A DNA stretch of 64,000 bases, taken from NCBI GenBank assembly GCA_965197585.1, contig OZ240215.1, positions 2,624,001-2,688,000 of the forward strand, written 5' to 3'. The notes beneath the pieces are model-generated. The model searched no databases. It was not told the DNA's origin and saw only the letters and a program-made list of their open reading frames with translations. Position 1 is the stretch's first letter. Each line of letters begins with the position of its first letter. The stretch is from Dehalococcoidia bacterium. Its GTDB lineage: Bacteria > Chloroflexota > Dehalococcoidia > Plut-88900. Positions 18,151-26,327 of the stretch are shown here, piece after piece. The position numbers and the translations under genes were made by a program.

Positions 18151-18430
18151 GATGTGTCTCCTTTGCGGTGTGGTTGATGGTGTTTGCCAAGGCCAAGGCG
18201 GGCCTCTTTTAAGGCCCGTGGGCGGCGTCCATTCCAAGCAGGTTGGGGTGGGCGCCGTAGTAAGTGGAGGGGATGCCTCCCATGTGCAGACGCGCGTGGG
18301 CGCGGGTCGACGGGGAGGTGTGGGAGAGGGGCTATGGGAAGGGACGGGGTGGGAGTTGAAAGGGGGGAATTAAGTAGGCGGGAGTGAGGGAGGGTGGGGC
18401 TCTGGAGCGGTGTGGGGCAGGGGTGGCCCT

Positions 18431-19483
18431 CTACCGGGCGGAGCCGGCCGCCAGCCAGAGCAGGCGGAGGAAGACAGTGCGACCCTGGGGAAGGGCCGCA
18501 AGCTCGGCCACGTCGCCGACACCGGGGGGAAGGGCGACGGCGACGGCCCTGCGTCCGAGCAGGTTCCCGAGCCGCTCCGTAGCCTCCCGGCCCGCGTCGT
18601 CCGAGTCGAAGGCGAGGAAGACGCGGGCGCAGCCCCGGAGGGCGTCGGCGACCCGCTCCATGCCCTGGGTTCCCAGGGCGGCGCAGGCGGGGAACTTCCA
18701 GCCGGCAAGGGCGAGCCAGTCGAAGACGCCCTCGGTGACGATCGCCCACAGGGGAGCGCGGCCGAGACGCCCAAGTCCCAGCGCCGGCTTGGGACCGGGC
18801 AACGCCTGGAACCGGGGCGTCCGGTCGGGGTCTATGGCCCGTCCGACGAGCCAGTGGACAAGGCCGCCGGAGACGTCCGGAACGACGACCGTGCCGGCGA
18901 ACCGCTCCGCGCCCCGCGCCATGAACAGCCCGGAGTCCCTGAGACGTTTCTCGGAGAAGCCCAGGGATTCCAGGACATCCCGCAGCCCGCTGCCCGGCGC
19001 AGAGCCGAGACCCAGGCGGGCTGCGGCGGCCGGGCCGACGCCCCGCGAGGCCAGGTACGCCTGAGCATTGGAGTCGAGGCGCAGCTGCCCGGCGTAGAAG
19101 CGCGCCGCCGCCGTCAGCAGGTTGGAATCCCTGGGAGGCAGCGCGGCGTCCGAAGGCGGACGCGGACCGGCTGGACGGTTGACGGCCCTGGGTTTGCACC
19201 CAGGGCTGCCATCCAGCCGTGCGATGGCCTCCGGCAGGCTCAGGCCCTCGGCCCGCCGGATGAAGTCCAGGACGTCGCCCCCTTCGCCGCACCCGAAGCA
19301 GTAGAACCGCTCCGAGTCGGCGTACACCGTGAAACTGCCCTCCACCTCGTCGTGGAAGGGGCAGACGCCCTGGCGGACCCGGCCCCTGCCTCTCAGCCTC
19401 ACTCCCGAGTCCTCCACGACGGCGCCCAGGGGGTGACGGGCCTTCAGAGCTGGAATGTCCACCGGAGCCGTGGCTAGGACCAT
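18431..19483 (-). CDS. DnaG-like primase (CHC2 zinc finger + TOPRIM)
   Basis: CPFH..FYCFGC..GDV, YLASRG, VTEGVFD, FDSDDAG, GDVAE; ATG at 19483. Confidence 0.88.
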   Translation of the reverse strand: MVLATAPVDIPALKARHPLGAVVEDSGVRLRGRGRVRQGVCPFHDEVEGSFTVYADSERFYCFGCGEGGDVLDFIRRAEGLSLPEAIARLDGSPGCKPRAVNRPAGPRPPSDAALPPRDSNLLTAAARFYAGQLRLDSNAQAYLASRGVGPAAAARLGLGSAPGSGLRDVLESLGFSEKRLRDSGLFMARGAERFAGTVVVPDVSGGLVHWLVGRAIDPDRTPRFQALPGPKPALGLGRLGRAPLWAIVTEGVFDWLALAGWKFPACAALGTQGMERVADALRGCARVFLAFDSDDAGREATERLGNLLGRRAVAVALPPGVGDVAELAALPQGRTVFLRLLWLAAGSAR

Positions 19484-19947
19484 GACGAACCTCCCTTCCC
19501 CAGGGTTTTCAATCCCCGGAGGCTGTCCCTGGAGACCACCTTGCCGGGCAGCCAGCGCATCCCCAGTACCGCCACCACCTCCAGGGTGGCACTGTCCCGG
19601 GATACCAGGGCCGCAGCCCGGCCGGCGCCGGGGCTGTAGTTCAGCACCCCCTTCTTCCCGAAACGGCGCCGCACGAGGTCCAGCCACTCGGAGTACGCCC
19701 AGCAGGCATCCCTCACGGGAGCGTTGGGAGTATCCACCTCGGACAGAACTGCCAGGGCCCCGTCCAGGTCCGCGGCCTTCCTCAACCTCCGGGCATCGTG
19801 GATGCTCTTCGCCACCGTAGGCGCCGGTACTGCGACTTCCTCATCGTTCGCCCCGAACAGGGCCTCGATCACCCGGTCGACCAGGTCTTCCAGGCTCGCC
19901 CGAGTCCTCACTACCCCACCGCTCACCGTTATCGCTTGCGTTGTCAT
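19474..19947 (-). CDS. Hypothetical protein
   Basis: 157 aa, AAGGAG RBS, overlaps primase start. Confidence 0.65.
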   Translation of the reverse strand: MTTQAITVSGGVVRTRASLEDLVDRVIEALFGANDEEVAVPAPTVAKSIHDARRLRKAADLDGALAVLSEVDTPNAPVRDACWAYSEWLDLVRRRFGKKGVLNYSPGAGRAAALVSRDSATLEVVAVLGMRWLPGKVVSRDSLRGLKTLGKGGSSWS

Positions 19948-19987
19948 ATCGAACTCCTTTCCTTGTCTTGTTGGTCTTCCTTCTCTC

Positions 19988-20200
19988 TTACCTTCTGCCT
20001 ATGAGCCTTGTGAGCTGTCTTGCCAACACCAGCCAGGAGAAGATCCCCAGCCCGTTGAGGGCGAAGACCTCCAGGCTCCACGTGATGACCAGCGGCGCTA
20101 CGACGAGCAGGGCGATGACGGGCCACTTGAACCTCAGCAGACACCGGCCAACCCTGAGGGCGGCGCCCATGACCATGAAGAGCACTCCGAGAACTTGCAT
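19988..20200 (-). CDS. Small membrane protein
   Basis: ATG at 20200 with AAGGAGG RBS; hydrophobic segments. Confidence 0.6.
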   Translation of the reverse strand: MQVLGVLFMVMGAALRVGRCLLRFKWPVIALLVVAPLVITWSLEVFALNGLGIFSWLVLARQLTRLIGRR

Positions 20201-20594
20201 ATGGACCTCCTTTGCTTTTTCCCGCACCGGCATCCGCAGCGCAGGGCATGACTGGGTGAAGGACTGACGATGGAATGAAAGTGGACGAGCTTCTCCCCGG
20301 ACCGGATGCAGGCATGGGGAGAGATGGGGGGATTAGAAGTATCCCTGGGAAGTCAACGGCGGTCGGGAACTGGGGAGCATTGCCGCTGCTTCAGAGACCT
20401 GTGCCCCGGTTGCTAAGGACATAAGTAACCAGCCGGGGTCCTGGGGGGAACCTGTCGTATGAACACCCGGGCGGATGACGCAGGACGTGAAGAACCGGCC
20501 GGTGTGCAGTGCGCACTCCAACCAATGTATCCGAGGGCCGAAGGGAAGGACATAACTCGACCACTACGGACGTGTCCCTGCGGGGAGACCATCG

Positions 20595-20662
20595 GGAGAG
20601 CGAGGCTCGATCCTTCCGGTCATGACCCCTGGGCGGCTGTTCGGAGAGCGAGGCTCGATCCT
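20595..20662. repeat. 20-bp perfect direct repeat, 2 copies
   Basis: GGAGAGCGAGGCTCGATCCT at 20595-20614 and 20643-20662 in a long intergenic region. Confidence 0.85.
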
Positions 20663-20888
20663 ATGCAGCCGGTCCCGGATTTGAGGGGCGGTAATCCTCC
20701 AGGTTTCTAGGGCATGAAACGCTGGGAAAAGCCAGACAACAATTTCAGTATTGCCGAACACCTGCTCGAATGGAAGGGCTTGGGCGGGCTTTCGGGGACA
20801 GCCGCCCCATATCACTCGCAGCTACGTCGCTCCTAGGCCGCACCAACGCAGCACCCGTCAAAACAGCCGCGGTCCCCGGCCCCCGGGT

Positions 20889-21791
20889 CTACCGCCACCA
20901 CAGTCCCAGGGTGAGGGCCCTGCGCACCCACCGGAGCAGTCCCCGCCTTCCCAACGCCCTCCGGGTGTCGTCCAGCGCCGTCCAGCGCCACGTGGTCTGT
21001 CCCCGGCGCCCGAACCCCCGCAGGGGCTGGGTCTCCGGCGGCAGCGTCAGCCCGTGCTCCTCCAGCATGGCCAGCTCCAGCGTCAGCAGCCTCTCCTCCG
21101 TCACCAGCCACGTCAGGCTCCTGCCCCTGTTGGGATGATCGGCCCGCAACCGGCGCCACTCCTCCACCAGGGGCCACGCTGGACCGTAGACCCCCGGGTC
21201 GTCCCCGGCGGGCTCCTCGGTGACCACCTCGGGGTCCAGCCGCCGCTCCGTGAAAGGCTCCCTCGACCGAATGCCCGGTACCGGAGGAGTCTCCCTGTCA
21301 TCTGATTGATCCACCACGTCAGGCCCATTGATGGTCTCCTCGGCGTCCTCACCCTCCGCCTGTTGCCCAACACTTCCCGCAACCGCGCCCCGGATCTCGT
21401 CGAGGCCGTCCCGAAGCTCCTTCGCCAGTGTCTCCATGCCCTCCTCCAACGCACCGACCCGCTCCCGCAGCCGCGCAACCTCGGCGCCCTCCGTCACCCC
21501 CAGCAACCCTTCCAATGCACGGCCCACGTGTTCGGTGACCTGGCCCGACTCCTCGGCCCGCACCACGGTCTTGTAGTTGACGCCCAGCAGCCTGGCAGCC
21601 TCCGTCCGGCCCTCCTGCCGCACCAGTTCCCGCAGAAACCCGTTCAGCCGAATCCGCCGCAGCTTCTCCGCATCTGGGCCGCTGTCTCCCTCGCCCTCCG
21701 CCTGCTTACCGTCCGCCATGCCCTCATGGGCAATCTCATCATCAATCGTCTGCCTGTCGGCCTGGGCATCATTAACCGGGTTCTCGTTCAT
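20889..21791 (-). CDS. HTH/coiled-coil protein
   Basis: RTEAARLLGVNYKTVVRAEESG helix-turn-helix, coiled coil, basic amphipathic C-terminus. Confidence 0.7.
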   Translation of the reverse strand: MNENPVNDAQADRQTIDDEIAHEGMADGKQAEGEGDSGPDAEKLRRIRLNGFLRELVRQEGRTEAARLLGVNYKTVVRAEESGQVTEHVGRALEGLLGVTEGAEVARLRERVGALEEGMETLAKELRDGLDEIRGAVAGSVGQQAEGEDAEETINGPDVVDQSDDRETPPVPGIRSREPFTERRLDPEVVTEEPAGDDPGVYGPAWPLVEEWRRLRADHPNRGRSLTWLVTEERLLTLELAMLEEHGLTLPPETQPLRGFGRRGQTTWRWTALDDTRRALGRRGLLRWVRRALTLGLWWR

Positions 21792-22234
21792 GGGTCCGCC
21801 TCCATCGCTTCCGACGTCCTATAGGGGGCCGTCCTGTAGGGCGTTGTTTCTCCGTAGGTAGGGCCCCGCTCCACCAATCGCTCGCTCCGACGTAGCAGTC
21901 ATTTGCCCGGTCGCCCCGATTTCCGACTTCCCTTTCGGGAACTCCGACCCTCAATCGGTGGAACCGGCCCTTACCTCGAAGTGCTCGCAACCACCCCCAA
22001 AACTTCCATTGTTCTTCCCTTGTTTCACGCCTGAAACCGCCCAAATACTTCCCTCCTGGGAACTGATGCAGATCCCTGTACACGGGTAGTACATCACATC
22101 CGGCCCCCGATGGTGCAGGCCCCGTGAGGGTAGCCCCCGCGCGCGGCCCCCTCACGGACCATGACATTCCGTTCCCCGGCTCCTCAGACTCGGTGACAGA
22201 GGTCCGAGTCCATCACCGGTGAGAAGGAGACGGT

Positions 22235-22828
22235 TTGTCACCCCGGTCAAAACGCAGACGACTTTGCAAATTAGCGGCCACTGCCGTAGCCCTGGCAACG
22301 GCGGTCCTGCTGACGGTATCCGCACTTGCCCCCGCCCTGGCCCAGGACGCCGGCCTCACCCTGGTCAACTCCGACAGGGACCTGGTGGAGAGGAAGAAGG
22401 ACGGGAGGTTCATCGCCCGTCCCGTCTTCAGCCGGGAGCTCGACTCCCTCTACTACGCAATCCGCGACGCCGACAACGGAGACTGGGTGACCCTGATGTA
22501 CCGGGTGCAGGGCGGCGAGAAGAAGCTGAAGGACGGCTGGGAGTACTCCTGGGAGTACCCGGCCCTCTCCGAACAGCCCGACCTGGACCCCGGGAAGGCC
22601 TACCTGCTGGTGATCGGCGTCCCCGCCGACGCCCAGGGCGGCCCCTACGTCTTCCACGCCCTTGTACCCGTGTACCAGCCCAGCGGGATTTTCGACCGGA
22701 TCCTGGCGGCCCTCAACCCCGCCAGGTGGGCAAAGGCCTTCGCCCGCTGGGTGATAGAGGGCGTCCACGGCGGCCTGTGTGGGGTCGTTGAGCGGGCCAC
22801 AAGGACCGAGATCGACAACTGCGGCTAA
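22235..22828 (+). CDS. Secreted protein heading the transfer operon
   Basis: TTG with AAGGAG RBS; signal peptide ending ALA-Q. Confidence 0.7.
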   Translation: MSPRSKRRRLCKLAATAVALATAVLLTVSALAPALAQDAGLTLVNSDRDLVERKKDGRFIARPVFSRELDSLYYAIRDADNGDWVTLMYRVQGGEKKLKDGWEYSWEYPALSEQPDLDPGKAYLLVIGVPADAQGGPYVFHALVPVYQPSGIFDRILAALNPARWAKAFARWVIEGVHGGLCGVVERATRTEIDNCG

Positions 22829-22842
22829 GGACTCTATATGCC

Positions 22843-23829
22843 ATGAACGACATCCTCACCGGAACTCCCCCCGAGCTGACCTACCTGCACCCCATGGTGC
22901 GGGAGGCCTGGATGGTGGTCTGGGGCATCACCTCCGGGGCCCTCATCGTCATCCTGGGCTGGATGGGCCTGAGCCTCATCATGCAGAACCTCCTGGGCCA
23001 TACCAGCACCGGGTGGCGGGAGACGGTGCCCCGGCTGGTGCTGGGCCTTGTGGCCGCCGCCACCTCCTACTGGTGGTGCGCCCTGGTCATCGACGTGGCC
23101 CATCACGTCTCCAAGTACATCGCCGCGGAACTGGACGTCACCCCAGGCGACCTGCTGAGGGCGCCCCTGGAGACGTTCCTCATGACCGTGGAGGCGGGGA
23201 GCGTGGGCATGGCCCAGCTGGTGGCCCTGCTCTACGTGGTCTACGGGTTCTTCGTCCTCTACGTGCTGGTGCAGCTGGTATTGAGGCTGGCCCTCATAGA
23301 CATCCTGCTGGCCCTGGCGCCCATCGCGTTGGGCCTCTGGATACTGCCCCACACGGCGGGCTGGGGACGTCACTGGCTGAGGCTCTTCCTGACCACGGTG
23401 TTCCAGCAGTCGATCCAGCTGATAGCCCTGGCGTTGGGGTTCGGGTTCCTGAGGCAGTACGCCGCCATAGAGGCCTTCGAACCGGCCCAGGACCTGGTGT
23501 GGAAGCTGCTGATGTCGGTGGCCTTCGTCTACATGGCGACGAGAGTGCCCTCGATGCTGGGCAACGCCGGCACCTTCGACTCCTGGGTCAGCACCCTCTA
23601 CTTCGGCCTGAACCTGCCGGGGACATTGATGAGGTCCGCCAAGACAGTCGGGCTGCTCTCCGGGGGAATGGGAGGAGGGCCTGCGGCTGCGGTGGGAGCG
23701 GTGGCTGCAACGGCGGCGGGGACCGGTGCGGGTGCGGCGGCCTCGGGCCTGAGATCGGCGGCGGAAGGTGCAACCGCCGGTGGAGATGCAACCGGAGCCG
23801 GGCCTGCCCCCAGGAGCAGCGGCGAGTGA
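22843..23829 (+). CDS. VirB6/TrbL-like polytopic membrane protein
   Basis: Multiple TM helices, LRLALIDILLALAPIALGLWILP.T..WG..W motif, Ala/Gly-rich tail. Confidence 0.8.
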   Translation: MNDILTGTPPELTYLHPMVREAWMVVWGITSGALIVILGWMGLSLIMQNLLGHTSTGWRETVPRLVLGLVAAATSYWWCALVIDVAHHVSKYIAAELDVTPGDLLRAPLETFLMTVEAGSVGMAQLVALLYVVYGFFVLYVLVQLVLRLALIDILLALAPIALGLWILPHTAGWGRHWLRLFLTTVFQQSIQLIALALGFGFLRQYAAIEAFEPAQDLVWKLLMSVAFVYMATRVPSMLGNAGTFDSWVSTLYFGLNLPGTLMRSAKTVGLLSGGMGGGPAAAVGAVAATAAGTGAGAAASGLRSAAEGATAGGDATGAGPAPRSSGE

Positions 23830-23994
23830 GCACTCTTATTTCGATAGACGGGACTTCGACACATACACGAAACGGACAGATGGACGAGAAGGCACGAGGA
23901 GGTCAAGAGATGTGCAGCTAGACAGGCGAAAACGACGTGACCCCTGGACCAGGGATAAAGACTCCCAAACAGCAACGGAAACAGGAGAAAGCGA

Positions 23995-24285
23995 ATGGAA
24001 CAGCTGACCCAGACCATATCGAACATAGTGGGGATCATGATGGGGGTGGTGGGTGCCGTGGGCGTGGCCTACTTCGTCTACGGGTCCTTCCTCTACCTCA
24101 CGGCAGGCGGCGGGCCGCAGCAGATGGACCGGGGCAAGAGCGCCATGCTCACCGCCCTGGCGGGCGTCGTGCTGGCCCTGCTTGCCTACGTGGTCGTAGA
24201 GGTGGTGACGGGTGCAATCGTCGACCCGGCAATCGAGGTGGATATCCCAGAGCCCGCTACTCCGACCCCCACTCCCGACAGCTAG
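23995..24285 (+). CDS. TrbC/VirB2-like pilin
   Basis: Two TM helices joined by YLTAGGGPQQMDRGKSAM. Confidence 0.8.
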   Translation: MEQLTQTISNIVGIMMGVVGAVGVAYFVYGSFLYLTAGGGPQQMDRGKSAMLTALAGVVLALLAYVVVEVVTGAIVDPAIEVDIPEPATPTPTPDS

Positions 24286-24318
24286 AGAAGAGTTGAGGAG
24301 TCAAGGAAGGAGACAACC

Positions 24319-25995
24319 ATGAGAGAACACGAGGTGCCGACCCACCTGCAGGCCGAGGACAAGGTGCTGCTGTGGTTCACCTTCCAACAGCTGGTGGCCA
24401 TCACCGCTGTGGCCGCGCTGGCCTACGGAGCGTACCGCTACGCACCCGTGGGGCCCTCCGAGGTGAGGATAGTGCTGGCCGTCCTCCTGGGGCTGGCGGG
24501 ATTGGCGATGATCGTGGGGAAGGTGGGAGGCCGGCGGCTGCCCCTGGTGGCCGCCGACCTCCTGCGGTTCCGGCTGGGTCCCCGGCGCTACGCCGGACCC
24601 CCTGCCCAGCTGGTGCGCCCCGAAGCGCCGACGCCGGTCAGGACTGCGCCGAGCCCTCTAACCCTGTTGGTCAGGAAGGCCAGACGGATCATCATGCGCC
24701 GCCGCAACGGTAGGATGCCACTGCGTCCCCGCGGCCGGTCCGGCAAGGGCCGCCGCAGGCGCCGGGGGAAGCGCAAGTACCCAAAGCAGGACAGGAAGAA
24801 GACCGGGAGAAGCAGGGGCGGGAGGAACCTGCTGGCCGTCCTGGCCGTCGCCCTTACGGCGGCGGCCGGGGCGGTGTCCCCCGTTGCCCTGGCTGACGAC
24901 CATCATCCCGAGGAGATCGGCTTCGAACTGAGGGAGCCCGTCCCCGGAAGAAGGATCTACGTCGAGAGATTGCATGTGTCGGGCGACTCCGCCGGGGTAA
25001 CCGTCAGGGCCGCCGCTGACATCGACCTGCAGGTGAGAGGCTACGGCGGACCCGAGGGCCGGATATCCGTGTTCCGGGCGACGGCCAGGCTGCAGGGGGG
25101 AGAGACCAGGAGCTACACATTCCCACTCTCCGGTGACTCGCCTTCCCTCACCCTCTCCTGGCGGGACGGGCTGGGGCAGGCGGGCGCTCTCAGCCTGAAG
25201 GGAGACCAGATCCCGTATCCCCTGCCCTCCGTCGAGGGAGAGCTGTGCGACCTGGAGCTCGATTACCTGCTTTGGACGCCTGGACGGGTGGATGGAGCCA
25301 TAGACTCCAGCTGCGAGGACTCCGTCGAAGAACCGGTGGACCTTACGACGGTGTCCGGGCACGAGAGCGTGATGGTGACGGCGTTGATGGATGCGGATGT
25401 CACTGCAGTTGCCGGGACTGTAATAGTCACCGTCGGCGGGGCCCAGGGACCAGTCCCCTTCGTTCCGAACGGGTTCACGGCCTTCCGGGTCAATGTGCCC
25501 GCTGGCGAGGCGGTCCACAAGGTCACCTTGCAAGCCGTCCTGGAAGGGGCCCTGCGGATCGACCTCCCTCCCCTGGTTGCCCTGACCCACCACCCCAAGA
25601 GGGACGAGGAGATAACCACGAGAGTCAAGCTGTACCGTCCCGGAACTAGCAGGACGGTCTCCGAGACGGTGACTGTCTCCCACCCCGACGGGACAACCAC
25701 CCAGCACGTCATCTCGGCCATCCTGTCCGTACCCGGCACAACGGTGGCCAGGGACGTGACCGTCACCGTGGAACATGAGGAGCACGTGAGGGCTGAGGTC
25801 ATGGAACGGGCGCCCCTGGCCCGAACGAGGATAGAGGCCCTGGACATGGCGTCGACCATCGGCGCCGACGACAGCTTCGAGCTCCTCACCCTGCCCGAGC
25901 CGGAGCCCACCCCCGAGCCCGCCGAGCAGAGCCCCGCGGACACCGATGAGCTGAGGCGGCTGTTCGAGCTGTTGGGCTGGAGTTGGCCGTGGTGA
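24319..25995 (+). CDS. PrgI/VirB3-like protein fused to an exported beta-rich domain
   Basis: N-terminal HEVPTHLQAEDKVLLWFTFQQL plus 2 TM; internal Arg/Lys tract and hydrophobic segment; Val/Thr-rich C-terminal region. Confidence 0.72.
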   Translation: MREHEVPTHLQAEDKVLLWFTFQQLVAITAVAALAYGAYRYAPVGPSEVRIVLAVLLGLAGLAMIVGKVGGRRLPLVAADLLRFRLGPRRYAGPPAQLVRPEAPTPVRTAPSPLTLLVRKARRIIMRRRNGRMPLRPRGRSGKGRRRRRGKRKYPKQDRKKTGRSRGGRNLLAVLAVALTAAAGAVSPVALADDHHPEEIGFELREPVPGRRIYVERLHVSGDSAGVTVRAAADIDLQVRGYGGPEGRISVFRATARLQGGETRSYTFPLSGDSPSLTLSWRDGLGQAGALSLKGDQIPYPLPSVEGELCDLELDYLLWTPGRVDGAIDSSCEDSVEEPVDLTTVSGHESVMVTALMDADVTAVAGTVIVTVGGAQGPVPFVPNGFTAFRVNVPAGEAVHKVTLQAVLEGALRIDLPPLVALTHHPKRDEEITTRVKLYRPGTSRTVSETVTVSHPDGTTTQHVISAILSVPGTTVARDVTVTVEHEEHVRAEVMERAPLARTRIEALDMASTIGADDSFELLTLPEPEPTPEPAEQSPADTDELRRLFELLGWSWPW

Positions 25996-26306
25996 TACGC
26001 GTACTGTGGATGGTCTTGCTGGCGGGTGCGGCGTTTGCCTCCATGGGCGCGGGGACGGACATCGAGAAGGGGAACATGCTTCTCAAGTTCGTCGAGGTGG
26101 TGGACGCGATGGCCTATGCCGCTGTAGGACTCTGCCTCTTTGCCGTCGTCTGGGCCGGGTTCCTGCTCATGGCAGAGGGGGCCGAGGAGCGGAGCTCGGG
26201 CAGGGCCAGGAGCGCGGTGGTCCTGGCTATCACGGGCCTGGTCCTCACGCTCTCGGCCAAAGGGATAGCCCTGGCCCTGCTGAAGGTCACCCCAACGCTC
26301 CCATAG
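25983..26306 (+). CDS. Second pilin-like membrane protein
   Basis: Signal-like N-terminus, two TMs flanking GFLLMAEGAEERSSGRARSAV. Confidence 0.6.
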   Translation: MAVVIRVLWMVLLAGAAFASMGAGTDIEKGNMLLKFVEVVDAMAYAAVGLCLFAVVWAGFLLMAEGAEERSSGRARSAVVLAITGLVLTLSAKGIALALLKVTPTLP

Positions 26307-26327
26307 CGGCAAGAAAAGGACAACGAT

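Noticed and set aside
20595-20662. Possible mini-CRISPR array
   Set aside because: Only two 20-bp copies, no cas genes and no further repeats seen.
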